Part shown: positions 28,401 through 37,770 of the stretch, piece by piece
How the letters are laid out: the number at the start of each line of letters is the position of its first letter
Position numbering within the stretch: position 1 is the stretch's first letter
Source of the DNA: Tubiluchus corallicola
Lineage: Eukaryota; Animalia; Priapulida
Length of the DNA: 64,000 bases
Assembly (NCBI GenBank): GCA_030141605.1
Contig: JAQGDQ010000056.1
Span: 186,001 to 250,000, forward strand
Direction: 5' to 3'
Program-made: the position numbers and the translations under genes
The notes under the pieces: generated by a model
Database searches by the model: none
The model's input: the letters and a program-made list of their open reading frames with translations, nothing else
Told to the model about the DNA's origin: nothing

Positions 28401-31400
28401 TAGCAGTGTGTTGTTAACAATAACAATCTATCATTTGGAAATATTAACTTAGGAAGAAATAAGATTGCCATGACGACTGCTGACAACAGCGTTGTTATTT
28501 TATTAACTACTTCAAAATTCAAAAACTGTTTTGACATCGCTGGTGTCATCAGCAAAACTAAGGCCTAAATACAAATAATATGTGTGTCAAAAGTCAGTAT
28601 ATAGATAAATAAAAATAAAAAATTCTAAAACAATAAGTATAATGTAATTGGGAATTCAAAACACATTTTACAGTACACTACAATACCAACATCTGTGAGC
28701 GTAACACACATTTTGTTTGAAATGCAAGCTGTATATTCTGCTTAATGTGGGTAAGTACACAGGTTAGGGCTAGCTATGACAACAATGGCCTAGCTGACCT
28801 CGTTTGCTCATACCTTGGTGGTGTGTTATACTGTTTAAAATCTCTACTGAACTATAATTTAGACCTCTAATTGAAATGTCAGTTAATCCCCAATTATTTG
28901 CATATTTAGATTTATAAGCCAAATCTCAGGTTAATCATTACTAATTGCATTATTTGCATTTAGGCGTGTTTCTTCTGGATGCTGGATGAGTGCACCAGTA
29001 ATGACAAAATGTACAGTATTAGTGGGTTGCAAATTTGAAACTGATCAATAAAACAGTGTTTATGTTGTCACAATTTGTTATGGTAATCTTACTTCACATT
29101 CCTAAACACTATAACAACTTCAAATTCAATTTTTTTATTCTCTTGGCTTGTCCTATACCACTATGATCTCAAAAATTATTTGATCAACTTTCTGTAAGAC
29201 TATGATCAAGAAAGTTAACTCCAAAGCCTCATGTTAGAAACGTTTCTCAAAATTTTTTCTCACAAATTTGCAAAAATAACTGAAACTATTTTGACTCAGT
29301 CTTAAAAGCCCCTGCCATTATATTGTAATAATGGAAAGTTTTTCTATCTGAACTCATAAAATTTTGTTTTTCAATTTGTATTTAAGATTCACTCAAATCA
29401 AGTTAAACTTTAAAAGCCCAGCTCTGATTTTTCACTAGTCAACACAATGTCCACAAAGACTACATGCAGCAATTTGTACATAAATAAGGACTTTCACTAA
29501 CCTTTGGTTGCGTGCCCGGTGGTCCAGTCATTTTATTTTTGAACTCCTGTACAAACTCTCTTACAGGTTGAGTTTGTTGCCATTGTTTCACTTGCATTTG
29601 CAAAACAGACAACTTTTCTATTTCCATTTCATCCTGGGCTGCAAACTAAGCAAAATAGCATGTTATGACATGCCTTAATTGCACAAACATTACGAAGTTA
29701 TAAATGACATTTACGGTTTAATAAACCAGAGTGATTATATAAGCAAAACCTTGCTCAAACATAACTTTGGCTATACACAAAGCTGAAAATTCATAGCGAT
29801 GCTCGCTAATGATGAGAATAAAAAAGTGAAAATTTTAAAGTAGTTTCATCCAGCAATACAAAATGCCTTTTGAGATGCTGTTCTGGATACTTAAGCCACC
29901 CTTGATTAGCAATATTAAAGCAAGCTCATAATCTCACTGCAAATTTATTTTTATGTTAACAATAATTATAGGCTGGAATAGTTCATAAGTTGCAGAATAG
30001 CACTATATGCCACTAGTGGAATTTTTCCGTAAGCTACTATAGCTCACTAACATAGTTCTAAGACTTGCCACCCATTTTCAAAATCAATCAAGTGCAGTGT
30101 AGAAACTTGGAAAGTCGACTACTATCCCAGTTTGACACTATACTGCATACAGAAACCTGAAGTGTTACATGGGAATGGATAAATTCAACTAATCGTAAGT
30201 TTTATACATGGGCTTGTTAAATGGATCAAAACGTTCTGCCAAGATACTTTATTTACATTAAATTTAAAGGGTTTCCAAAGCTATATTAACAGAGATTCCA
30301 AATTACAATCTACTGAAGGTATACTAAAAGCTATACCTTTGGATCTGTAACCTTGGTTGTAAAAGAAACCTGTTCGCTTTCAGATTCATTTACACCAGGT
30401 GGTGCTAATTGCTGTTGACACTGAGAGATGTTTGAGTAACTAGTTCCATCTGGCTCAAGCGCCATGAAAGACTAAAAATTAAAAAGCAATTAACCAAACT
30501 CTACCTAAAATTTGTTCAAACTCAAAGCACGTTTAAGTCTTTGATTCAAGTGCAGGCTTCAAATCACAGGTACATCAAAAATGGGTGCATAACTGAAGGT
30601 TATCACATGCATTATTTATTAAAATGATGAACATAAAACACATGGAAAAATACTTTGTTTAAGGCAGATTTTAAGCTACAAAAATTCAAAATTAAGAAAA
30701 TTAAATTGGCCCCAATCTGGATTAGAACCATACACGAAACAAGGCACACTCAAATGGGGAACTTTCAAATGCAAATCATCAAGCCCAAAGAAAACAGTGT
30801 CCTTTTTGTGTTTTTTGACAAGGTTGACCAAGACCACTAAAACATCCCTAGCGGAGTTTATTAACTTAACAGGACTTCCTTAAATGTGAAATATAATTGC
30901 TCTCTAATAGTCGCCTAAATGAATCAATGGAATAATATTGATTTAATTTCCCAGTTATCAATATTTTCTGGTTTCCCAACCGATTATTGCTAAAATCAAG
31001 TTAGACTTTCTTTAACTGTCCAGAGAATTTCAATGAAATTCATTACTAACCTTTTGAGGCTTTGTAAGTTAACAAATAAACACTAGTGAATTCACAACCT
31101 CAGCCCAGAATAACTGGATAAAGATAATTAATAATTTACTAAAAAGTAAAAACTAGAAAAAGAATAATTTTTACCTGTCTCATTCTTGTCATTTCTGCAC
31201 CTGGAGGACCTGGCTGCCTTTGCATCCCTTGCATCCTCATCTGCATCTGATTGCCCATCATTTGATTTGGAAATTGCTGATTCATATTGCCGATGCCCAT
31301 GGGAAGTATTGAGCCACGTCCCATTCCACCTGAACTTTGCATCTGGTTCATTCTGCCGGACCCCATTTGATTCATTCCAATAGAGGTACCCCTTTGGTTC

Positions 31401-32718
31401 GTTCCACCTGATCCTCCCAGCTGGTTCGTTCTGCCTGGTCCTGCCATCTGATAATTTCCATCCAGTCCAGCCATCTGGTTCATTCCACTAGGTCCTGACG
31501 ATTGATTCACTCCACTTAATCGGGGCATTTGGTTCATAGAAGCTGGGTTTCTCACCATTCTAGTGGGTGAACCCATTTGATTCATTAGGCCGCCTCTCAC
31601 ATGATTCGTACTCCCAGGTGCTCTTATTTGGTTCATTCTGCCAATTGGATTTCTCCTCATCATACCTCCTATTTGATTGATGCCTCCATGCCCCATTTGA
31701 CTCATGCCACCTTGTCCTATTTGACTCATGCCTCCTTGTCCCATTTGATTCAAACCACCGACTGCCAATGAATTATTGCCACCACTTGGATTTTGCTGGG
31801 ATAATGCCCGAATCATCTGTTGCTCCTTAAAAAGTCAAAACTTCACGATCATAAACAAACAACTGTGCTGGTAAGTTACAGCAGTAACAAGTACCAGAAA
31901 ATAGTGGGTGGTCTCAAAAGTAACTTAATACTTCTATTTTTTTAACATGTGATTGGAGTTTAATAATTTAGGCTGTACTTAGGCACAGTCCGACTTAGTT
32001 TACCGATCGCTGGGTTATTACGCGCTGAACCAGCTGCAGGTTGCATGTTACGAAAATCATTTGGTTGCTGTCTGCAATTAGTGCAATTTGAACAATTCTC
32101 ACAGGAACTTGGGCGAGTATCCTGCCGAAAAGTGCGAAAGTTTTGCGGTCTAAAGGTTTGAGGCCGACATTGCGTATTGTTCTAAGGCCTATAAGAAGGT
32201 CTCTGCTGAAAATTACGAGGACCAAACCCTCTATTAACAAAGGAGTTTCTATAACCCTAAAACGAACCAGTTCTTTGGGAGTTTGATCGATTACTTGACC
32301 TTTATGGTTGTGATGCAGGACTTGTTGTAGGGGCAGCATTTGAATTTAATGGTTGGGACCACACCTCTTGAACTAACTATTTATAGTTTTAGTCATATCT
32401 TGTACAGTATCATGCAACTGATTGGTTACATTAGCGGTCGTATCTTCACATATTGTATCTACCTTCATTGGTACTGCGAAGACAAACACAACAATTGAAA
32501 TGCTTGCACCAAGTGTCTACTGGAAACGGTCTACATGAAACTCGAAAGAGCCCTTCATGTAAACACTGTAAGACAACTTGTACGTCTGCTATATTAATGT
32601 ATTAAAGCTAGGGACTTGGTACCTGTGGCATTCTGGGACCAAAAGGCATTCTGCTCACCATACCCATCCTCTGCCCTTGGTTCACCTGCCATCCAAATCG
32701 CTGGTTCATCATTTTCAT
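1162..32718 (-). CDS. YLPM1: YLP motif-containing protein 1 (YLPM1/ZAP3)-like gene, 22 predicted coding exons, ~1501 aa
   Basis: Manually spliced exons (5'->3'): 32718-32623, 31825-31175, 30471-30337, 29645-29502, 28334-28260, 28146-27979, 24216-23029, 22707-22516, 20826-20574, 19699-19603, 18987-18917, 18760-18542, 17783-17612, 16633-16540, 15914-15810, 15489-15370, 15045-14869, 14247-14080, 13799-13722, 7602-7554, 2614-2502, 1302-1162. All introns are GT-AG with matching phases; total 4506 nt. Diagnostic motifs: IILRGPPGAGKS, LDDYF, EYEYEAEMEE, LQLPDDY, GKKRVRWAD, IGFVVGQTDW, TKYI-stop. The C-terminal half is secure; the N-terminal low-complexity exons are less certain. Confidence 0.92.
2502..2614 (-). 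CDS. YLPM1: YLPM1 penultimate exon
   Basis: (D)RLDGLIMAHKHQKPTLEEFLQLPDDYEQRQSQPGKKR; tttgcag acceptor, GTTCGT donor. Confidence 0.92.
3865..3999. repeat. Tandem duplication, ~74-bp unit x2
   Basis: TTGTTAGG(C/T)GAATACAAAAAACTGTC..TTTTAAAAAATAAAC-like unit occurs twice in tandem. Confidence 0.85.
7554..7602 (-). CDS. YLPM1: YLPM1 49-nt exon
   Basis: GFTPKSRWEKMDETKL, similar to the YLPM1 PKSKWE motif; ccag acceptor, GTAAGC donor; phases fit both neighbours. Confidence 0.88.
7878..7987. repeat. Tandem duplication, ~54-bp unit x2
   Basis: AAAACTTTCAAATAAGGCTGTCTTTT(C/G)TTCACAGC(G/C)GAAATCCTGTG..TGGTAAAA repeated almost perfectly. Confidence 0.9.
8280..8468. repeat. Degenerate ~20-21-bp minisatellite (~8-9 units)
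   Basis: Units such as AAATGACCAATGTCTTCATAT, GAATGAATAATGTCTACGCTT, GAATGAACAATTTCTACATTT; consensus about AATGAACAATGTCTACATTT. Confidence 0.65.
13436..13468. repeat. (TA)n microsatellite
   Basis: Near-perfect run of TA dinucleotides. Confidence 0.9.
13722..13799 (-). CDS. YLPM1: YLPM1 acidic exon
   Basis: VEMEDYTGDEANEANKQVDDDDDEEG; tttttag acceptor, GTAAGC donor. Confidence 0.9.
14080..14247 (-). CDS. YLPM1: YLPM1 exon (P-loop domain, C-terminal part)
   Basis: VYIAEVMGEKNVCQKRNIHGRT...EPAPRHMIQLDVRSLLQDAAITE; ttttag acceptor, GTAAGT donor. Confidence 0.93.
14869..15045 (-). CDS. YLPM1: YLPM1 exon (P-loop domain)
   Basis: VLEYEYEAEMEEAYRSSMHKAFKKTIEDGFFNFVIVDACHARVREFEDMWSFAKQRGWQ; GTAAGC donor. 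Confidence 0.95.
15370..15489 (-). CDS. YLPM1: YLPM1 exon (P-loop domain)
   Basis: EKEQAMGGTAPRIIALDDYFMVEKEKMIPDPESGRMAMQK; gcag acceptor, GTTTGT donor. Confidence 0.93.
15810..15914 (-). CDS. YLPM1: YLPM1 exon with Walker A/P-loop
   Basis: DLLNKPGRLTRPRNIVIILRGPPGAGKSYLAKLIK; ttttcag acceptor, GTGAGT donor. Confidence 0.95.
16540..16633 (-). CDS. YLPM1: YLPM1 exon
   Basis: YADAERRGSNNIPQTNQAEAAPVKLEIISIE; tttttag acceptor, weak GTTTTT donor; phase-consistent. Confidence 0.75.
17612..17783 (-). CDS. YLPM1: YLPM1 Tyr/Asp/Arg-rich exon
   Basis: VNSRDICSGYESAYQDPYNRSASDPY...PAPSHLD; canonical splice sites; phase-consistent. Confidence 0.8.
18542..18760 (-). CDS. YLPM1: YLPM1 exon with IDYGH motif and poly-Pro
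   Basis: APPTKIQVIDYGHTHKP...TTPPPPPPPPPVAH...; a DYGH motif and Pro tracts are typical of YLPM1. Confidence 0.85.
18917..18987 (-). CDS. YLPM1: YLPM1 exon
   Basis: YSRLPSVGDDLYRRLHPLVERDL; tacag acceptor, GTATGG donor; phase-consistent. Confidence 0.75.
19603..19699 (-). CDS. YLPM1: YLPM1 exon
   Basis: NRYPDYGLNPYERISDPYRYPERYPKARYDD; tttgcag acceptor, GTACAA donor. Confidence 0.78.
20574..20826 (-). CDS. YLPM1: YLPM1 Arg/Asp/Tyr-rich exon
   Basis: VTAGPSGQRRLPPEDG...RDRMDPYR; ttgcag acceptor, GTGAAT donor. Confidence 0.82.
22516..22707 (-). CDS. YLPM1: YLPM1 coiled-coil exon
   Basis: EQEIKLLKEQKSKLESLKALQ...LGLIGRAYNDAADE; tttccag acceptor, GTAAAA donor; 192 nt, phase 0-0. Confidence 0.8.
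23029..24216 (-). CDS. YLPM1: YLPM1 large charged/disordered exon (396 codons)
   Basis: Core of the 437-aa ORF 22978-24291, bounded by tttgcag and GTAAAA; Glu/Lys-rich then Arg/Asp/Ser-rich. Confidence 0.88.
24455..24665. repeat. CAC/ACA-rich low-complexity repeat
   Basis: Degenerate ACACCAC units; explains the spurious His/Thr-rich ORFs at 24403-24672. Confidence 0.8.
24863..26334. mobile_element. Non-autonomous Tc1/mariner-pogo-type element (MITE) with TA target duplication
   Basis: Left TA|CAGTAGGCGCTGTTTAATAGACTC; right GAGTCTATTAAGCGGCGCCTATTG|TA (imperfect ~24-bp TIR); repeated AATAGACTC subterminal motifs. Confidence 0.85.
25315..25827. mobile_element. Tigger/pogo-like MITE nested inside the 24863-26334 element
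   Basis: Left TA|CAGTAGTACCTCTGTTTTCGA; right TCGACAACGAAGGTATGACTG|TA; CAGT...ACTG termini with TA on both sides. Confidence 0.8.
26695..27020. repeat. Tandem duplication, ~167-bp unit x2 (probably transposon-derived)
   Basis: AGACTTTTCATTTGATATACAGATTGCTGGAAATGATGCAGC is identical at ~26794 and ~26960; AAATAAGAGG..CCATTTT..CCC is also repeated. Confidence 0.85.
27043..27830 (+). mobile_element. Decayed Tc1/mariner-family element
   Basis: TA|TCAAGTGGTGCAGAAAAATGTAC ... GTACTTTTTTTTATGCCACCTGA|TA imperfect TIRs; internal remnant DLNHLG*DTWNSLKEKVYNG (~27394-27453) resembles the SPDLNP..W..LKEKVY transposase motif. Confidence 0.65.
27979..28146 (-). CDS. YLPM1: YLPM1 exon (Trp-rich helical region)
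   Basis: NANHPNQELFKQYEKQWLQWKDEM..., resembling the YLPM1 HP..YEKQW..W segment; GTAAGT donor. Confidence 0.88.
28260..28334 (-). CDS. YLPM1: YLPM1 exon
   Basis: EELEEEEFEKQYKEWEKQFEDWKTQ; ttttag acceptor, GTATGG donor. Confidence 0.88.
29502..29645 (-). CDS. YLPM1: YLPM1 exon
   Basis: FAAQDEMEIEKLSVLQMQVKQWQQ...GPPGTQPK; cttag acceptor, GTTAGT donor. Confidence 0.8.
30337..30471 (-). CDS. YLPM1: YLPM1 exon
   Basis: SFMALEPDGTSYSNISQCQQQLAPPGVNESE...TDPK; tttttag acceptor, GTATAG donor. Confidence 0.75.
31175..31825 (-). CDS. YLPM1: YLPM1 Gly/Met/Gln/Asn-rich low-complexity exon
   Basis: Core of the 225-aa ORF 31139-31816 with many (G)MNQM(G)-type units; ttttaag acceptor, GTAAAA donor. 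Confidence 0.82.
31960..32475 (-). pseudogene. Possible decayed LTR-retrotransposon gag fragment in YLPM1 intron 1
   Basis: PMKVDTIC (PMEVD-like), then with stops and a frameshift NRGFGPRNFQQRPSYRP*NNTQCRPQTFRPQNFRTFRQ..SCENCSNCTNC; composition typical of a gag C-terminus; skipped by the phase-0 YLPM1 splice. Confidence 0.4.
32623..32718 (-). CDS. YLPM1: Probable first coding exon of YLPM1
   Basis: MKMMNQRFGWQVNQGQRMGMVSRMPFGPRMPQ then CAG|GTACCA; in-frame stop upstream; same M/Q/G/R composition as the next exon; CpG-richer stretch at ~32860-32910 just upstream. Confidence 0.65.
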
Positions 32719-35116
32719 CCAGAAACTCCTAACCTTTGATGCATTGCGTTATAATAATCATTTACTGTATTGGTAACATTAATAAAAGCACAGTAACAAA
32801 TGTTCACAAAAACTTTAATCTCCTCTCATTTTATCAACAACGATTATCACAGCTTAACAGTCGTGGGGCGCCGTTTACAGCACTAGCCCGTATACCGCAG
32901 TTGCGCCTTGCCCCAGATACAGATAGGTGCAGATGTTAAAGGAAAACCAGTGGGAGTAGCTCAGATACCGCATTAGCTCATCCTTTTAAGTTTAAATTTT
33001 TTTTAACATTTCCTGTAGCAGTTTGAAGTTCATTATCGACCATTAATTAATTGTGATGTTGTAACAATTTGTCTAATTATAATAAGAATGCAGTAATTTG
33101 TTTATTATGATTAATTTAGGTAAATTGCATTAATCATTATGAAGGTACATGCAAAACAACAAATGGATTAAAATTAGTGAGACATCTAAATTTAATTTTA
33201 TAAAGCGTTAAAAATGAGGAAATGTCAATGTTTATTAACTTTTGTCTAATTTTGGTTTGCACCAGGTTCAAGTCATTAATTACATCTTTTTCAGTTTATA
33301 GTAATAAAATATCTATTTGAGTTTTTCAGGGCATAAATGTGGTGTGACAAAAGCACTTTAAATATGAACTTGTTTTTTAAGAAATTTCTGCTATAACTGT
33401 AGGCCCAATACAGTATCTATTTTAGTTGTTTTATATTTTTGTATAGAATACTATCATTATATTATAACAATAATGCTACTTAATAGTATACTGTCGTTAT
33501 ATTATCGTAGTTTAACGTGTTATTTATAAATGTTGTTCTTATTTCTTTGCTGTAATCCATATATTTTATTTTATAATACTAGAGTGGGCTTAATTACTGC
33601 TGAACAATATTAAAATTTTTATTTTATCGAATGTACTGTTTACATTTAATTAATTATTTTCATTATATTGATATTTTAAATTATCATCATTATTATTAAA
33701 GAAACTAGGAGAACAGATGCTGTCACTAATGTAAACTCTCCTCCAGGTCCTGACAAATTCGAGTGCGGTATGTGGGATGGACCATATAAAGCAATGTGCG
33801 CTATATGAGCCGTTGCTATAAACGGTGCTCTGCACTGTAGTAATTTTTACATTTAATTTTTACGTATGCGGTAGTGTCACCTAGCTTTAGGAAGTAAAAA
33901 TTTCACTCTGGCAATTTTTGTCAAAGACCTTGATGGTGTTGGCGGTCAGTACTGACATAATTCAGGTAACATAGACTTTTGCTAGGGGTTGCAAAGCCAA
34001 CGAATTATAGTGGTACAAAAAAATTTTACATCAGCTGTAGTAAACAATTACGATTTATTAAAGTATTGCTGAATCAGCCGAGAATCTATAATGCCCTTCA
34101 TATAATATGGCCTTGTGAGTCCATGTTTCGCACAACCTGCAATCTTGAGAGATCAAATGGCCTGCAAATTCACTGGACCCCAATGTCACCAAACTAGTTA
34201 GAGCTATACTGAAAGACAGAGAGAGTCGAGGTAAAGTTCAGGCTAAGATGATCCAAAAAGATATCATTGGCGATATTGAAGACTTTTTTCAAAAAACAAG
34301 TGTAGGAGTCAATTGTGACACACCTGTAGGATGCGGGGAGAGGACATTGAATTCTCGCAAATTTTTTTTTAAAGTTTCTGATCATGCCCCTCAGGAGTGC
34401 AGACTGTGCGATATGCATGAGGGTTTTCACATTAAATTTAAGCACATGATAGATTCTAGAATGATTCAACAATACCTTGATGTAATGAATTATTTTTACC
34501 ATTACTGCAGTCAAAAAGTTATCCGATACTAATCATAATTATATAATCATTATCTGGAACACTGATTGGCATTTAGTCACTGAAAATCCGTGTAGTAATG
34601 CAGCTGATGCTAACCTGCCCGCCCACAATACCTCATACTTATAATAATATTTATTTTATTTATATATGTAGTAACTTCCAAATTGCCAGCAACTTCAGTA
34701 ACTGCATGGTGACTCTAACCCAGTTTAGATATGCCACTATGCATTTGCATGCTCTTTGTCATAATTACCATAACCCTGTTAACGGGATAAGTATTTTCAC
34801 ATTCATGTTCCTCGATCTTGCATAAGTTGATTATTTTGCGAAAAACGCAGAAACTCACAATGCACCATGTACAATGCTCAAATAATTACATTGTTTTATC
34901 ATCATCTGCCGTAATCACAGCAATAATCAGCAAAAAAACTGAACACTGCTATATGCCAGTGGCTTGTTAGCACCACTTCCGACATTGTTTTTATAGGAGG
35001 TCAAAAACTATGCACTTCTCACATCACGTAGTAGCAATAATTTAGGTAAAGTGCACTCAGTTGTCTAACTCGTTGCAGCCAGTAGACGGCAGCAGCTAGT
35101 GGCGCTGATTGTTGTA

Positions 35117-36103
35117 CGAGTGAGTGGTAAAAATATCACAGGAAAAAATGGCATGGTAAAAATGGCACAAGTATAAATTGCACTGGGAAAATGACACAAA
35201 TGGAAAAGTATAAAAAATGGCAAATACATGTATTATGTTATATTGATGCAATTGATTTCTACAATAAAACTAGAATGCGCTCAGAAAGAAGTATATTGCT
35301 GCCAAAACCGAATAGTACTAAACTTATTTGTCTGATTCTTTTGATTAAAAAAGTTATCACAAGGATCAACAAGCAAACATACAAAAATGTGTCCATATCG
35401 GTATTATATAGACTAACAAATGCCTCACAAATATTTGTTCATTAAATAGATTTATAATAAATAATGCACGAATGTTCCACATAGTGTTTATTTATCTTTT
35501 TTAACCATTAGTTTTGTCGATGGTAATAGTCTGACAAATATGTACGTATTTACATACCAAGTCACTTTATAAGGCCATACACATTATAATAAGCAAAGGT
35601 TACAGACAGCGTTACACAGTTTTACAAGCGAGAATTCCTCGAAATGGAACCGGAACTAACTCGTAGTGCGTTGTTTGTCAAGGTGGAGATAAGAAAAAAT
35701 AAGTATCTGTCTGAGACCTCCACGAAGTGTTTCACAAAATGATTTTTGTAAGTGGTGTTCGGTCAGGTTTTGAAAAAAAAGGAATTGGCACAAAGATTCC
35801 CATTATGGCACCCTATACCCAACTTCTCCACAAAAGTTTCATGGAAATCTGTTAGGTACTTGTTGCGTAATAGGCTTACTGTCATAACAGACAAAAACCA
35901 AACAAACAAACAATGTTGAAGCGTAAATTCCTTGGCAGAGGTAAAAATAACTAAAATAATCATCCCCTACAGTAATCTAACCCTAAACTCATATGTTACT
36001 AAGTGTGCAATTTTTTACTGTGCCATTTTTACCGTGCCATTGTTAGAAGAGTGCCATTTTTACCTGTGCCATTTTTCTTGTGTTATTTTTACCTGTACAC
36101 TCG
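35117..36103. mobile_element. Foldback/MULE-like non-autonomous element with modular inverted ends
   Basis: Left CGAGTG..GGTAAAAATATCACAGGAAAAAATGGCATGGTAAAAATGGCACA; right end is the inverted array TGTGCCATTTTTACC.. ending CACTCG; no clear TSD found. Confidence 0.7.
35269..35943 (-). mobile_element. Helentron-associated (HINE/DINE-like) non-autonomous element nested in the foldback element
   Basis: Minus strand begins TTACCTCTGCCAAGG, followed by (GTTT)n, and ends TTGGCAG..CTGAGCGCATTCTAG|TT; CTGCCAA/TTGGCAG subterminal inverted repeat; T-rich insertion site. Confidence 0.65.
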
Positions 36104-36634
36104 CACAAATACATGTCACAGTAATTTGTGATCGCTGAAAAAGCTTCAACTTCAAGGTTTGCGAACAATTTCAGCAATATGTGTTCAAACTCACATCAGT
36201 AATTTGGCTATTTTCGTGGCACTGGTGAATAATGTACATAATGTGATTTTGGATCTTAAATTGAACTTTTAAAATTAAGAAAGAACAGAAGTGACCTTTC
36301 ATGCTTCCTAAGTGTTTCATGCTTCGTGTAGTACGCCAGTCTCGACCAAAAAGCGTTGAGGATCAAAAAAAGCCCACCATTTACCACAACGACATTCTAA
36401 AAACTGAAAGCCTATTTGAATGTTTTAATGTTTTATTATAAGTCGTGTTAATAACTGACATACTGTTTGTTCATGATAAGCCCTTTAAAAACAGACTTTT
36501 ACGGCCTTTTTATCCAAGAAATCTCACAAAATTATTACAAAGATCAATGGTTTTTGTAATGTAATTTTCTACAGATAGTTTCGCCAAATTGCTTAGCCTC
36601 TCTTGTGAAATTATTGACCGTCGCTATGTTTTCA

Positions 36635-37770
36635 GGGGTGAGTTCGCCACCCCTTACGTAATGGATAACGTAATGGCCATTGTAGGTTTGCTGTAACTAT
36701 TGTTCAGTGTTTAATGAACAGATATGATCAGCGTCATTAAAACAGTTTGCGACAGTTATCTTCTTTCAATTCGCACTAGAAGTATTCCATTCTGCGCTAC
36801 ATATCATTTGTCTACTATTTCTTGCTACTTAACATGCCACGCACCCACACCCCTGTACCGGGTCATAGATATCAAAATTATAAACCAGAAGCTCTGGAAG
36901 CTGCCCTACATGCCGTCAAGAATACCAACAGGACAATCAGCGCAGCGGCGAGGCAATTCGGAGTTCCAAGAAAGACCCTTTCTGACAAACTCTCAGGAAG
37001 TCATCCGCGGAAGACTGGAGGTCAGCCAGTGTTCTCCGCCGCCGAGGAGCACGAAATCGCCAACACACTCCAAGTGGCCGCTGAGTGGGGGTTCCCAATG
37101 ACTTCCATCGATCTCCGACTACTGATTAAGAGTGTTCTTGACGCGAAGGGAATCCAGGAACGACGATTCAAGGCAAACACCCCTGGAATAGACCCTTGTC
37201 AAATCATTCGCCCGAAGGAACAATCTGGTTTTCAGAGTACATGGCAACATCAAGGGCGCCCGCGCGAAGATCAGTGCACTAGACGTTCAAGCCTTCCTTG
37301 CCAACGTAGGGTCCCTTATTGAAAACGTCCGACCATCGAACATTTTCAACTTCGACGAGACCAACATCACGGACAACCCCGGCGCCAAAGTAATCCTTAC
37401 TCGTCGGGGAACAAGACGCGTCGAGAACATCAAGGACCACTCCAAGGTCGCCGTTTCCCTGATGGCTTGTTATTTTAAAATTTTAAATGCTACTTTGCAC
37501 GTAGTTAGGCTAAAACTAGACATTTTTCATAATTTTTTCATAGGGTGGCGAACTCACCCCCAACCAAATAATCACAACCAGTTAACTTCAGCTGCCTAGA
37601 ATGGCATTAAACAGTGTTAAATTGCTAGTGGCGAATTCACCCCACGATAGTGTTTCATTTGAAAGGCAATATACAGCTGGAACTAAGAAAATCGGTTGGG
37701 TAATTCTCTTGCTATGGCAGGAAACGTAAAAAAATACCTCTAAAAAGTGCCGAACTCACCCCGTTTTACG
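36635..37770 (+). mobile_element. Internally deleted pogo-family DNA transposon
   Basis: GGGGTGAGTTCGCCAC at 36635 with inverted copies at 37545 (perfect), 37628 and 37747; right end CCCCGTTTTACG|TA; carries a transposase pseudogene; left terminus not clearly seen. Confidence 0.85.
36834..37470 (+). pseudogene. pogo/CENP-B-like transposase pseudogene (HTH_psq + CENP-B HTH + start of DDE_1)
   Basis: ATG 36834: EALEAALHAVK..SAAARQFGVPRKTLSDKL; FSAAEEHEIAN..AEWGFPMT; frameshift near 37195, then VKSFARRNNL..NIFNFDETNITDNPGAK..SKVAVSLMAC; truncated after the first catalytic Asp. Confidence 0.88.

Noticed and set aside
30705-30860. tRNA B-box-like GGTTCTAATCC on the minus strand
   Set aside because: No cloverleaf or correctly spaced A box; at most a SINE remnant, so no tRNA is called.
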